DNA of 64,000 bases from contig NC_043004.1 of NCBI RefSeq assembly GCF_006345805.1, positions 69,192,001-69,256,000 of the forward strand, in the 5' to 3' direction. Shown here in pieces: positions 1 to 12,567 of this stretch. Within the stretch, counting starts at the first letter, position 1. Each line of letters begins with the position of its first letter. The position numbers were made by a program, and so were the translations under genes. Under the pieces are notes generated by a model. It had not been told where the DNA came from and did no database searches. It was given only the letters and a program-made list of their open reading frames with translations. This DNA comes from Octopus sinensis. Its lineage: Eukaryota.

Positions 1-229
1 ATATATAAATACATACATACATACATACATACATACATTCATACATACATACATAAATACAGACATGCACACATATGCGACTCTGTGTGTGTATGTGTGT
101 GTGTGTGTGTGTGTGCATGCGTGCGCGCGCGCGTATCTGTACAGTGATGGATTCGAGGGTTTCACTTATTTTCTAGTTGATTTCTTAATTTCACCAGAGT
201 ATAAATACTATAATGGTGATCCTTAAAAA

Positions 230-2580
230 AATTAATTCAGTTCAAAAGTATGCGCAAGCAATGCATTGTCCGCCACACTGTAATATGTTAAAAAATTTAT
301 CTGCGCGCAGGGTATGTATGGCCCCTTCGATGCCCTTTTTTTTCATTGGTATTGTTTTTACGTTCATGCCCACATCTTGAATACTTGAATTTCGAGGTTT
401 TTGTACTTTGACAATTTCTCCACTTCTTTTGGACAATATTTTGATCAGAAGGTACTGCAATGTCTATCAGTAAGCAGGTGTATTTTTTTTTGCAATCCTT
501 GATTATTATGTCTGGGCATTTAGCTTTTATTTCTTTGTCCGTTTAAGCCGGTGATTGTCCCAGGTGATTGTAGCCTAGTCATTGTCTTGTACCTTGTTTG
601 GCACATGTTTATACCACCTATTGTCAGTTTTAATGTTGTAATATTGGTGTATTATCCAGTGGATATAACTGCTTACTCGGTCGTGTCTGTATATATATTC
701 AGATTTGGCAAGGACTGGGCAGCCCGAGATGATGTGGTCAACTGTCCCATTGCGCTGGTTGCACATTCTGCATTTGGTGTTAGGGCCTGTTTACATTATT
801 TTATTTTTATAATTGTTTGTGGTCAGGCATTGGTCCTGTGCAGCGTGAATCAGACCTTCCATTTCAGCTTTTAACTCAGAGCTTTTGAGCCATTGTTGGC
901 CTTTACTTAGAATCACTTCTCTGTCAAACATTGCAGGGTTTTGACTATGGAGTGCGTTCTCTCTTCATTTCTTCAGTATGTTTTGTAATTCTGTTTTTTA
1001 TTCTCTCTTTGACCATTTCTGCTATGCTGCCATCTGAGATCAGTTTGTCAGTGTAGTTTGTTTTATATTTGTCGCCTCCTTCTGTATAGAGAAAAGCGTT
1101 TTCTTTTTCTCGTGTTGCTTTACTACATGCAGTAGTCTTCCACTCTTTGTTTCTAAATATTTCCCCAGTTTAACTGTTGTTATTTTATCGTAGTTCTCTG
1201 TCTGAGCGGGGTAGATATGTTCTATCTGCGTCTGTTTTGGGGTGTTGACTTCTGTACGCTTTCAGTAGTTTTCTGGCTTTTCTGTCTAAGTTTCTCAATT
1301 CACTGCAGTAATTTGTGACTGGGATGGTTAATATGTTTAACCCTATTATCTTATTTTTAGCATTGAGTTCAGTGTTTAATATTAGCTTAACTCTTCTGTA
1401 ATACTCTCTCCTAATTTTTTCTTTCATTTTTGTGTGTTCGTCTATTCCTAGATATTTGTATGGGAAGTTGTGGTATAATTCTCTAATTTCTGTGTCTATG
1501 TCGAGTGCAGTGTTTTCAGTGCTGCTGATTAATTTGCCTCTTCTCGGTGTGACCCTGGCACATTAGTCCATCCCCATACTCATCCCGATATCCTTGCTGA
1601 AACTGTGAGCAATTTTGATAAGAACTCTCTGTTCCATGGTGCTTTTAGTGTAAAGTTTTAGGTCATCCATGTGCAGCAGATAGTTTATAGCACCTACAAC
1701 CCATGGTGGTTTCGTTTAACAAGCCTGTTAGCGGGGTCAGAGAAAGGCAGAAAATCCGAGATGACAGTGAGTCTCACTGGAAAATCTCCCTTCTTATGGG
1801 TATAGGGTAGGTTTTAATAACCTGAGGGTAATTTTTTAATGCTATATTGGTTTTCCAGTTTGACATTGCATGTTTTATATATATTTTAGTAGTGGTGGGG
1901 CTACCTTATTTGTGTGGAAAGATTTCAGTATCCATGAGTGTGGAACACAGTCGAATGCTTTCTGGTAATCAATCCGAGTCATGTTCAGATTTGTCTTTCA
2001 CCTCTTACAGTCCTCTATAATGGCTCGGTTTACTACAAGTTGCTTCTTACAGACATACATCCCTCTCCGGCACCCTTTTTGTTCTTCTGGTAAAACATCG
2101 TTGTTTTCCAAGTGCTTTATAAGCCGGTAATAGATGACTGATATTAGAGCTCTGTGGGATGTTGATAGGCATGTTATTGGTCTATAATTTTGTGGGTGTT
2201 CGGTGTCTTTGCCTTTGGGAGTTAGTGTGGCGTGTTTTTCCAGCATGCAGTTTAGTGTTGATTCTGGTTCACTTATCAATAAATTGAATGCTGCTGCTAA
2301 GTGGTTATGACGACTGGTGAGGTGTTTCAACCAGAAGTTGGGAACCTTGTCTATCCCTGGAGTTTTCCAGTTGCTGGTACTCTTCAGTGTGTCCGTGATC
2401 TCTTGGCCTGCGATGGAGGGCCGTATTTGTGGTTCTATTTTGTTCTTCCTTTCCTTTTCCCTACTAATTCACTGAACATTTTTGTTGTGTCTTTTTGTTT
2501 CCTTCACATTACTTCCCAGTATGACTTGAACGTTGATGTCGTTGCCATGGCGTCTATTGATATAGTTTTTTTTGTTTAAC
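230..2580 (-). mobile_element. Decayed R4/Dong-clade non-LTR retrotransposon (RT + CCHC + restriction-like endonuclease), 5'-truncated, many stops and frameshifts
   Basis: Minus-strand motifs in order: SNWKTPGIDKVPNFWLKHLTS, PQNYRPITCL, EEQKGCRRG, IDYQKAFDCVPHSWI, YLLHMDDLKLY (about 1640-1690), zinc knuckle C..RNGTVDHIISGCPVLAKSEYIYRHD (575-766), then PDIIIKD...LIDIAVP, typical of the RLE nuclease. Confidence 0.92.
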
Positions 2581-2650
2581 TTTCTCAAAAACCTTTTTTG
2601 TGCTTATTTTGAATTCTCTCTCTCTCTTTTTTTTTTTTTTTTGGAAGAAG

Positions 2651-2875
2651 TGGCGAGCTGGCAGCATCGTTTGCACGCCAGATGAAATGCATAGCAGTAT
2701 TTCGTCTGCTGCTACATTCCGAGTTCAAATTCCACCGAGGTCGACTTTGCTTTTCTTCCTTTCGGGGTCGATGAATCAAGTACCTGTTAAGTGCTGGAAT
2801 CGATATAATCAACGATCTCCCTTCCACAAAGTTCAGCTCTTGTACCTATAATAGAAACGATTATTATTATTATAA
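2651..2875 (+). mobile_element. tRNA-derived SINE, family A (GGCGAGCTGGCAG... head, ATT-repeat tail)
   Basis: B-box-like GAGTTCAAATTCC, body GTCGACTTTGC...TTCGGGGTCGAT...AAGTACC and a (TTA)n tail. Repeated many times in the window. Confidence 0.85.
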
Positions 2876-3095
2876 TCTCCGATGATAATACGAAAATTAC
2901 GCAGTTCGTAAGTTCAGGCCCATTTATTTCTTCTCTCACACACAGCACTTACATGCGTGCGAGCGTGCGTGTGCGTGCGTGCGTGCACATGTATGTGTGT
3001 ATGTATGTATGTATGTATGTATCTGTCTGTCTGTCCATCTCAACCCATCTATGTATGCATATATGTGTCTATATATCTATCTATCAATTTATATG

Positions 3096-3152
<57 letters not shown>

Positions 3153-3939
3153 TGAGAAAGAAATGTATATGTGTATCTATATATTTATGTCTTTATATGC
3201 ATTTGTACACACACATACGCACTTATACATACAAGCATACATATATACATACACGCATGCATGCATACATGTATACATACATACATACATACATACATAC
3301 ATACTACATACATACACACACATATACAAACACTTGTGTGTGTGCGCTTGTGCATGTGTATGTTGTGCGTGCGTTTAGAAGGATTTCCAAAAGGTCAAGG
3401 GCGCTGAACTTGCACATCTGACGAATCCACACGAAAACAAACACACACGCGCGCACACACATACAAGCACACAAAAGCACAAAACAAGACAAAAATGAAA
3501 ATTTTATACGCATATAACATCTGTATAACATTTGCTTTATACATACATGTATATTTAATATCCTCCAAATATCATGTAGAAAATAATTGCTCTGAGGAGA
3601 TAATGAATTATAAATCTATCCAAAGGATAAATGGATGCTATTAAATAATTCGAAAAGATCACAAATGGAATAAATTACTCGCTGGTATTACGGAGAAGAG
3701 CTTACTGAGTTTCTCTTTAGAATATTCTAGATTTTAATGGTGTTCTACGGTATTGTGATAACCCGGGAATTATCTTAAGGTCTTTAAAGCTCGGCCGCGT
3801 GTTTACGAAGGTCTTTTCTGTCAGTTCTGCGGTTCTGTGTTGGAGTTTAAAACGCGGCACTTTGGGCGTATATTGCTATCGAAACCCGAAGTCAATTATT
3901 CGGTCGGAAACTATGCGGAAGCCCGTGAAATGTGCGCGC

Positions 3940-4136
3940 GTGTGTTTGTGTGTGTGTTTGTGTGTGTGAGTGTGTGTGTGTTTGTGTGTGTGTTTCTGTG
4001 TGTGTATGTGTGCGTGTGTGTGTGTGTGTGTGTTTGTGTGTGTTTGTGTGTTGTGTGTGTGTTTGTGTGTGTGTTTGTGTGTGTGTTTGTGTGTTTGTGT
4101 GTGTGTGTGTTTGTGTGTTTGTGTGTTTGTGTGTAT

Positions 4137-4170
<34 letters not shown>
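3940..4170. repeat. (TG)n/(TTTG) compound microsatellite
   Basis: Direct reading. Explains the CV-rich and HT-rich ORFs at 3837-4230. Confidence 0.97.
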
Positions 4171-4171
<1 letters not shown>

Positions 4172-4358
4172 GACCGACGCGATACTGTAGCACTGGTTTG
4201 AATGGTTTTAGTCGAACAAATCGGTCGTAGTACTTATTCTGGCTATCTCTTTTGCTTAGCCATTAAGTTACCGAAACGTAAACAAACCAATCCCGGTTGT
4301 CAAACTGTAGCGGGACAAACATAGATGCAAAGACATGCACACATATACGATGGGCTGC
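4171..4358 (-). mobile_element. Degenerate 3' part of a family B SINE
   Basis: TAGTCGAACAAATCG...AGTACTTATT...CTCTTTTGC...TAAGTTAC...CGTAAAC...CCGGTTGTCAA matches the clean copy at 43433-43836. Confidence 0.7.
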
Positions 4359-4403
4359 CACAGGGTATAAAAACATGTCTGCTCAGTAATTCCCTCTAGC
4401 GGA

Positions 4404-4446
4404 CTCCCAGACACGTTTCTGGTCCTTTAGCCATCCTCTGTAGAAG
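4404..4446 (-). ncRNA. Minimal type-I hammerhead ribozyme motif with one core substitution (U4A)
   Basis: Minus strand: CUUCUA / CAGAGGA / UGG-CUAAAGGA-CCA / GAAAC-GU-GUC / UGGGAG. Helix I has 6 bp, helix II 3 bp, the cleavage triplet is GUC, and the core is CAGAGGA instead of CUGANGA. Confidence 0.6.
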
Positions 4447-5576
4447 ATACAAGAAGGAGATAACCTTGGCCGGAATATAAAGCCGTAGCTTTATCTTAAA
4501 ACTATCAATATCGGTGACTGTGTTGCACTACGTGTTTTTACACTTTTTACCATAAGCATTAACTTTTCTTCTCGGTATCCGCAGTGAATTTGATTTTAGA
4601 AGTTGAAATGTATCTCTTCATTCAATCCTTATTACTGATTAGCGCTGATAGCATTGAACTTACTTTGACTGGGCAGAATAAATCGGAATATGATCGGTTC
4701 ATCAAAAACAAGTTGGACATCGTAATCACATTGACTGAAAAGACGAATTGGTCGTAAGAGATATTCTTTGAAAAGCAAGTTTGTCGAAAGACATCAGTAG
4801 AAAAGAAAAAACAAATTAGAAAGTAAATGTTTGACAAGCTTATTGTAATATTAAAAGTAGGATAAATCTTATTTTTTTAAATGAAACATATTTTCGTTTT
4901 ATTTTCTGATTATTTTTCACACACACACACTGCTGATGACGCTCAAGGAAGCAGAAATCTAGATTTTGCCGCTGCTACATGCATTTTGTCTACTACAGAT
5001 ACACTTAGATGTTTTAGAGTGACATTCGTCCACACGAGAAATTGTTGCTTTGGACAGTATCTCCACGTTAAGCAAGATAATTTTTACCCAACCTACTAGC
5101 TATTTGCAATACCGTTGATTCGTTTATCACTGGTTTTCTATATCAATAGGACAGTAGGAGCTAAAGTTGATAGTGGTTACTTGTTGCAGAAATCGGGAAT
5201 TTACAATTGCACCGGCGCTCTCGAAAGAAATACCACATTTTCCTGGGCTTTCTACAATACATCCACGTTAAGCATGATATACAGCATATATTTTTGAACT
5301 AATACTACTTCTATCGCCAATAACGAATATATACGATTGTGGGAGTGTAAAATTCAAATGTCATTTAATCCTACCAGGCGTTTATAATTGTCTTTGCATA
5401 CAACAGCGTTACACAAAGATAACCTTAAAGATCAGTGAAGCTTTTGATTAAGAGTGCAATGCTAACAACAGGATGGTGTCGGGATAAGAGGGGAAAACTG
5501 ACCAAGAGACAAGTGAACTGTTCCTTTGCTGGGTAATATGCAGCAGAAATATAGGTGCAAATTCATAATCAGCGGC

Positions 5577-6573
5577 CCCATCCACCATTGTTCGACCGTG
5601 GTCGAGACAATGGAATTTACCATACTACGCCAGACTTCACGGTCCATCATGGCATTACGGAGGTCCTGTTGCTGGATGCCTGTATCCCTGGAGATTACAT
5701 CAGGGTAGGAGAGTGTGCGCCCTCTGGTATTGCGAGTAGATGGCTTCCAGAGGAGAAGAGTAGAAATTACCTCTTTTTTAGCTCTACAACAATGTCCAGC
5801 AAACTGGACTCTCCTACCTTTCACAAGAGATGAACAGGTGGTAGTTTCCCATATATTTGCATTTTGGTTGGATGGCGCTTCCACGAGAGATTTTGAGCTC
5901 CATAAGGAGGCGAGTGTAGGTTCATCCAACCGCCTCTCAAGCTTCTTTGATAACGTCCAGGTTTCTGAGCCATATAGTAGGATTGGTTCGACTGTGGCTT
6001 TGAAGATTTCAAGTTGAAGTCTCTACTTAGATTTGATGACCAGATCTTATGCATGTCATTACAGGCTGACCAGGCCATACCCTTTCTAGTTAGAAAGTCT
6101 TTTCCAGATGATGATATGTATGACCCAAGATATTTGTAATCAGAAACCATATTTAAGGGCGCATTGTTGAGAGTGTGGATGATGCAATCACTGTTGGACA
6201 GGCACTTGTTTATATATTCAGTCTTGGCCTCATTGAGGTAAAGACCTACACAATTTGAGGTTTGTTTAAGAGATTGTAAAAGAGACTGGGCATTGGAGAG
6301 AGAATCACTGATAAGAGCGATGTTGTCAGCAAAGTCAGTGTCTGTCAAGTACTCAGCTGGGTGTCTGGAACTTCTTCTTGGTTGTATTTCAAAGCCCTTG
6401 CCAGAGATGGTATCAACTGACATATGTAGCACATAATCAACAACAATGATGAAAAGAAATGGGGCGAGTGTGTCTCCCTGCAGTATTCCGGCTTTGATAG
6501 AGAAAGATGATGTTTCTCCGTCAGGGGTTAAGATGGTTGAAGACGTATCTGTGTAGAGGACCTTGATGGCAGA
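5577..6573 (-). mobile_element. 5'-truncated RTE-clade LINE (RT C-terminal half), copy 1, with 10-bp TSD
   Basis: GILQGDTLAPFLF, DTDFADNIAL, YKYLGS, QFAGHCCR. TSD AATCAGCGGC at 5567-5576 and 6574-6583. Closely similar to 12568-13540. Confidence 0.95.
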
Positions 6574-6854
6574 AATCAGCGGCGATGCTCTATTAACCTG
6601 TACTTTAACCATAAAGTTCACTGATTGGTAGGTTTCGAAAAAAACAACAACAGCCACAGCAACAACAACGACGACCACAAAACGATTAGAAACTGGTTCA
6701 GTAGAATTTAAAACGTGACAATGGAAAATATTCTAGCGAATGTTCCAATTTAGCCTTAATGGATTCACTATATTTGATGTTTCATCGGATATTGATCGAA
6801 CATTCGTGATCATCTTTCGATATTTGATTGAAATGAAAAATAAAACAAAGACAT

Positions 6855-7020
<166 letters not shown>

Positions 7021-7619
7021 AATATATATTTGTGTGGCGTGTGTGTGTATGTATATATTTACTTATATAACATGTATATATGTGTGTGTGTATGTATGTA
7101 TGTAATGTATGTATGTATATGTATGTATATATATCTTATATATATATATATATATAATAAAGCATATATATATATATATATATATATGTATATGTATATA
7201 CACATACACATACATACAAATATTTATATCAATATATATGTCCACACACCCACACAGAAACAAATAAATATATCCATAAACAGATACATTTATGCACACA
7301 CACACTCACACACACACACACACACACACACACGCATAAAGAAATTTCATATTTGTAGCGAAAATTCCAAAGTTACTGCGAGGGTTTTTCTTTTCTTTTG
7401 TTTTCTTTTGTCTTTTACCAAAATGAATTCTGAAGTCAATTACAAAACTTCCCAAACATCATTTAGCTTTTTAGCTTCGCTTTATTTTCAAACTTTATTA
7501 ACATGCAACGAAGATAAAAAAAAATGAAATGAAATTACATTTATAAATTGTAACATGGCTACCGCAGTGGTATTGTAGGTACGAGTTGTGCACCTGAGCA
7601 CTGTATTAAAATAAGGTTG

Positions 7620-7931
7620 TCGCCATCATCATCACCATCATCATCATCATTCTTATTATCATCATCATCACCATCGCATCACATCATCGACGTCGTCATC
7701 ATTATCATCATCATTATCACCACCATCACATCATCATCATCATCGTCGTCGTCGTCGTCATCATCATCATCATCATCAACACCACCACCATCATCGTTGT
7801 CGTCATCATCATCGTCGTCGTTGCCTTCATCATCACCATCATCGTCACCAACAACACCACCACCTCAGCCATCATCATCGTCGTCGTCGTCGTCGTCGTC
7901 GTCCTCCTCCTCCTCCTCCTCCTCTCATCAT

Positions 7932-7963
<32 letters not shown>

Positions 7964-7965
7964 GC
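7620..7965. repeat. Compound trinucleotide microsatellite (TCA/TCG/TCC/CAG)
   Basis: Direct reading. Source of the poly-S/H/Q ORF. Confidence 0.95.
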
Positions 7966-7966
7966 C

Positions 7967-8185
7967 GGCGAGTTGGCAGAAACGTTAGCACGCTGGGCGA
8001 AATGCTTAGCGGTATTTCATCTGTCTTTGCATTCTGCGTTCAGATTCAGCCGGGGTCGACTTTCCCTTTCATCTTTTCGAGGTCGATAAATTAAGTACCA
8101 GTGAAACACTGAGGTTGATATAATCGACTTTCCCCCTCCCCCAAAATTTCACGCTTTGTACCTATAATAGAAATTATTATTATTA
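7967..8185 (+). mobile_element. SINE family A
   Basis: GGCGAGTTGGCAGAAACGTTAGCACGCTGGGCGAAATGCTTAGCGGTATTTC... ending in CCTATAATAGAAATTATT. Confidence 0.88.
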
Positions 8186-8192
8186 TTATTAT

Positions 8193-8432
8193 TGAGTGAG
8201 AGAGCAGTTCATGCCATCAAAGTGACACTGGGGTAAAATATACGAAGCCCAATATACCCATCATGACTACCGTCTGATAAAGGTACACCAGGCACATGCA
8301 TCACAACCATATGTGCGCGACATGGTGATCTCATATCAAGAAAACAGCACAGACCTGCAGGTGGGGCCCAGTTACAATTTTCTCAGGTGAGTAGCCCAAC
8401 CCGCTCAAACGGTCCCTGAATAAGGGTTGTTT
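8193..8432 (-). mobile_element. 5'-truncated copy of the 544-bp (TAA)n-anchored non-autonomous element
   Basis: Matches about 18587-18830 and abuts (TTA)n at the same end. Confidence 0.85.
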
Positions 8433-8693
8433 ACATACATACATACATACATACATATGATGTATGTATGTATGTATGTATGTATGTATGTGTGTGTGTA
8501 TGTATGTATGTATGTATGTTATGTATGTATGTATGTATTGATGTATGTATGTATGTATGTATGTATGTATGTATGTGTGTGTGTATGTATGTATGTATGT
8601 ATGTTATGTATGTATGTATGTATTGATGTATGTTATGTATGTATGTATGTATGTATGTATGTATGTATGTATGTGTGTATGAACACTCTTACA

Positions 8694-8764
8694 CTTTTAC
8701 TTGTTTCAGTCATTTTGACCATGTGGTTGGTAAGCAAGCTACTTACCACACAACCACTCCTACG

Positions 8765-8768
<4 letters not shown>
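8694..8768 (-). mobile_element. Internally deleted mini-copy of SINE family B
   Basis: The tRNA-like head (about 50 nt) is fused directly to the terminal TGACTGAAACAAGTAAAAG. Confidence 0.8.
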
Positions 8769-8789
<21 letters not shown>

Positions 8790-8798
<9 letters not shown>

Positions 8799-9165
8799 TA
8801 CAAAATGGGACAAGAACGCAAAACATCCAGACAGGTGTTACAAAAAAGGGACAACAAAACATCCAGATAGACGATACAAAGAAAACAAGGATGGGTCATT
8901 CGGAGTTTTCTTTCTTCAGTCGAGTTCCAGATTATCCTTGCAATTTCGGCTGGTTATACTCGAGATTGCTCCAATCTGGCCACCCCAAGGAAAAACCAAG
9001 CTAAGAGCATGAGATTCCTTGGAAGAAAGCAGCGAATGTATACGAAAACAAGGTCGGAAAAAAACAGAGAATGTAACACAAATACAAATAACAGGACATA
9101 ACAACGGGTGTCTTTCGACAAAGGGCGAATTAAATTAAGGTGGCGTGTGTGGAAATAAAATCTTA
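8790..9165. mobile_element. Unclassified interspersed repeat embedded in (TA)n, possibly Penelope-derived
   Basis: Flanked on both sides by (TA)n. Contains an internal AAAACATCCAGA duplication and a decayed hammerhead-like arrangement on the minus strand. Family assignment is inference. Confidence 0.5.
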
Positions 9166-9171
9166 CGGCAG

Positions 9172-9222
<51 letters not shown>

Positions 9223-9236
9223 ACACACCACAACAC

Positions 9237-9302
<66 letters not shown>

Positions 9303-9329
9303 GGTGTGAGAAACGGGATAGGATGGAAA

Positions 9330-9492
9330 GAATCGAGACCTCAGTATAGAACACTTACGTCATTCATCAGCCCCGATAGAACGAAACACGAATTTGTTCT
9401 CTCCCAAATTCGAACTCTGTGCTCAAAGAGAAACGGGGAAAACCACTGCCGCAAGATATTCTGTCTGACGTATCTAACCAAGTTGACCGCCT

Positions 9493-9495
<3 letters not shown>
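9330..9495 (-). mobile_element. Degenerate SINE family A
   Basis: AATCGAGACCTCAGTA...AATTCGAACTC...CCGCAAGATATT...CTAACC aligns loosely to the reverse complement of family A. Confidence 0.55.
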
Positions 9496-9567
<72 letters not shown>

Positions 9568-9701
9568 CACCACCACCACAATAACCACCACTACCAACTA
9601 GTAACACCATTACCACCACCAGCACCGCGACCACCACCAGCAACAACAACGACAACAATTACTACTACTATCACGCCACCAACTGACCACCACCACCGCC
9701 G

Positions 9702-9744
<43 letters not shown>

Positions 9745-9745
9745 C
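9495..9745. repeat. (ACT)n/(ACC)n microsatellite
   Basis: Direct reading. Confidence 0.95.
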
Positions 9746-10020
9746 CTGTCGATACTTTCGTATTCACAGAGCAAAATCGTTCAAGCAGAAGATTATCCGA
9801 TGCTAATTACAAAAGTGAGTTATTACATCTGTCAGCAACTGTTAATTACAATATCACTCGTCCCTTCTGATTCTGTCACATTCACTTTGCTATCGGAGAT
9901 CGTCATTGTTCGGGAAAATTCGGAATAGTTCGGCATATTTCGGCATTTTGCGCCGGTACACCAAAGATGTTTAAAAGCGATGTATTACCTTGCCTCTAAC
10001 ACATGCACGTAATAGCGCAT

Positions 10021-10059
<39 letters not shown>

Positions 10060-10414
10060 ACACACACACACACACACACTGTCTCTCACATCTTCATACA
10101 CATGTACATATAAGTGCAATATGCAGGCTAACTACACTTTTACCATTTTGATATTAACTAATGTCATTTAAAATCTCTGAGTATATATATATATATACAT
10201 ACACACACACTCACACATATATATACATGCATATATACAGACACACACAGACACGTATATATAATGTATGTATATGCATGCAAATATATGGATATATGTA
10301 TATATTTATATATATGTTTACACATATTCGCATATATATAAATTCATATATATATTCGTATATATATATACATACACACATATACACACACTCATATATA
10401 TACACATACGACAC

Positions 10415-10445
<31 letters not shown>

Positions 10446-10583
10446 TGTATGTATGTATGTATGTATGTATGTAGGAATGTATGTATGTATGTATGTATTT
10501 ATGTATGTATGTATGTATGTATGCATGTATGTATGTATGTATGTAGATATATGTAGATATATGCATATATATATATATATATT

Positions 10584-10632
<49 letters not shown>

Positions 10633-10697
10633 ACGAGTGTGTCTGTAAATAGATATATGATTATATATTTATACATATATATATATATATATATGTA

Positions 10698-10732
<35 letters not shown>

Positions 10733-10869
10733 ATATATATATAATATGCAATACATATGTAACTGTACATATATACATACACACACACATATCACACAGA
10801 CACGCACACGCGTATATCACTCACACACATATATCACATACACACACATACACCTGAAACACATCGACA

Positions 10870-11230
10870 TGATTATCAATGCAGCTGAAGTCATAACGTC
10901 GCAAGCAATCAGACAGGATGCGGTGGCCGTGACCACCCGGCTCACCTGCATCACGTACCACTTCCTTAGAAGCAAGAAAACTAACTCTGAACTGAGCTGG
11001 ATAATTCTCTTTCATCTCTTATATCCGTGGATTTTATTCCATCTCAGACCTACACATACTGCCTCTTACAAACGTAAATCACACATCTTATTTCTCTTCT
11101 TCACACAATCTCTCAACACTCATCTATAATCCGCCTCTCTCAAGCTACGGTCTGTATCTAAACTTCACTGTAAATAGACACAGATTTAACCCCTATCTCC
11201 AATCCATCTCCGTAGTCAAGGTTTTTACTT
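10870..11230 (+). mobile_element. Possible decayed CR1/L2-group LINE 3' end
   Basis: C-rich segment. The translation TYHFLRSKKTNSELSWII...SHILF only loosely resembles the FYRYY.G.CS.EL...SFF C-terminus. Confidence 0.3.
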
Positions 11231-11465
11231 TATTCTAATTTCTCTCCGGATGGTAGTGCATGGCGCTTACGTAGACTCCTCTCTGTCTGTTACTCACCTC
11301 TCTCACAGCAAAGGCTCCTAATCACTCTGGCTCAAAGTCTTTCCTCTCCACTCTTCTAAATACATCTGCTTCCTCTACCTTTGTCCATAACTCTACCAAC
11401 CACCAACAATTATTCAACCAAATCACTTCCTGCATCACGAACACCCCCCCACCTTCTCTCATTCC

Positions 11466-11504
<39 letters not shown>

Positions 11505-11644
11505 CCCTCTCCCTCTTTCACTCACTCTCTCTTCGTTCTTCGCTGAAACCATCATCTTCGAAGACTTCACTGTTCGCAATGCTCGTTGCTCCTCACTCAC
11601 CCTGTCGGTTCAGAAACCGAATCTTCCTGAAGTTTCAGCTCTTT

Positions 11645-11723
11645 ACATCATCATCATCACTATCACCATCACCATCACCATCACCATCATCATCATTACA
11701 ATCACCATCATCATCATCATCAT

Positions 11724-11755
<32 letters not shown>

Positions 11756-11768
11756 CCATCACCACCAC

Positions 11769-11815
<47 letters not shown>

Positions 11816-11822
11816 CCATCAC

Positions 11823-11853
<31 letters not shown>

Positions 11854-11984
11854 GTCGTCGTCGTCGTCGTCGTCGACATCATCGTTAGCGTCGGCGTCAT
11901 CGTCATAATAATTATCGTCGTCGTCGTTATCGGCTCATCATCGTCGTCATTATTGTCGCCGTCGTCGTCGTCTTCATCGTCGTT

Positions 11985-12032
<48 letters not shown>

Positions 12033-12055
12033 GTCATCAACAACAACAACAACAA
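11645..12055. repeat. (TCA)n/(TCG)n compound microsatellite
   Basis: Direct reading. Confidence 0.96.
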
Positions 12056-12567
12056 TATTTTCTTTATCGTTTTTAATCCTCACAATCCTGTGTGATGATT
12101 TAAAAAAAGAATCATTATTGTTTTTGTATTCAGTCACCATTTCTTATCGAACAACCAGTGATTTTATCCTCTGTGGACATCCCTCACCTGGACACAGACA
12201 CACCAAACACTTTCGACCTTTTTCTTTCTTCCAAACTCAACTTATACTAAAACATGCTCCTTATGCAACGCTCCTCTACGTCACTGACTCTCCGCCAATT
12301 TAGGTCAGCTGAATGGGCGTGGTTCCATCAATTCTATACGAGTTATTTCGAGCAACATTTGTATTTCACTCTTGATCCAACCAGATAAAAAGCTAGAAAG
12401 GTGACTGAAGCCATCCATCTTAAGCATATCCCGCCACAACCACACAACGTAAAACTCACAACCCTAAGTGCCCCAAAAGGTTTAATCATAACTGTACTAG
12501 AAACGTTCAGAAAGAAAGAAATTCACCCACCCTGAAAACTAGACGAATTTACTTGACATTACAACTT

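Noticed and set aside
4933-4970. CTGATGA-C-GCT...AGC-A-GAAA-TCTAGA-TTT hammerhead-like string
   Set aside because: Core and palindrome are present, but no helix I pairing can be drawn.
10930-10985. Minus-strand 19-nt micro-exon candidate (TCTAAG|...CAG|GTGAG)
   Set aside because: Splice-like hexamers alone are not evidence, and it lies in probable LINE debris.
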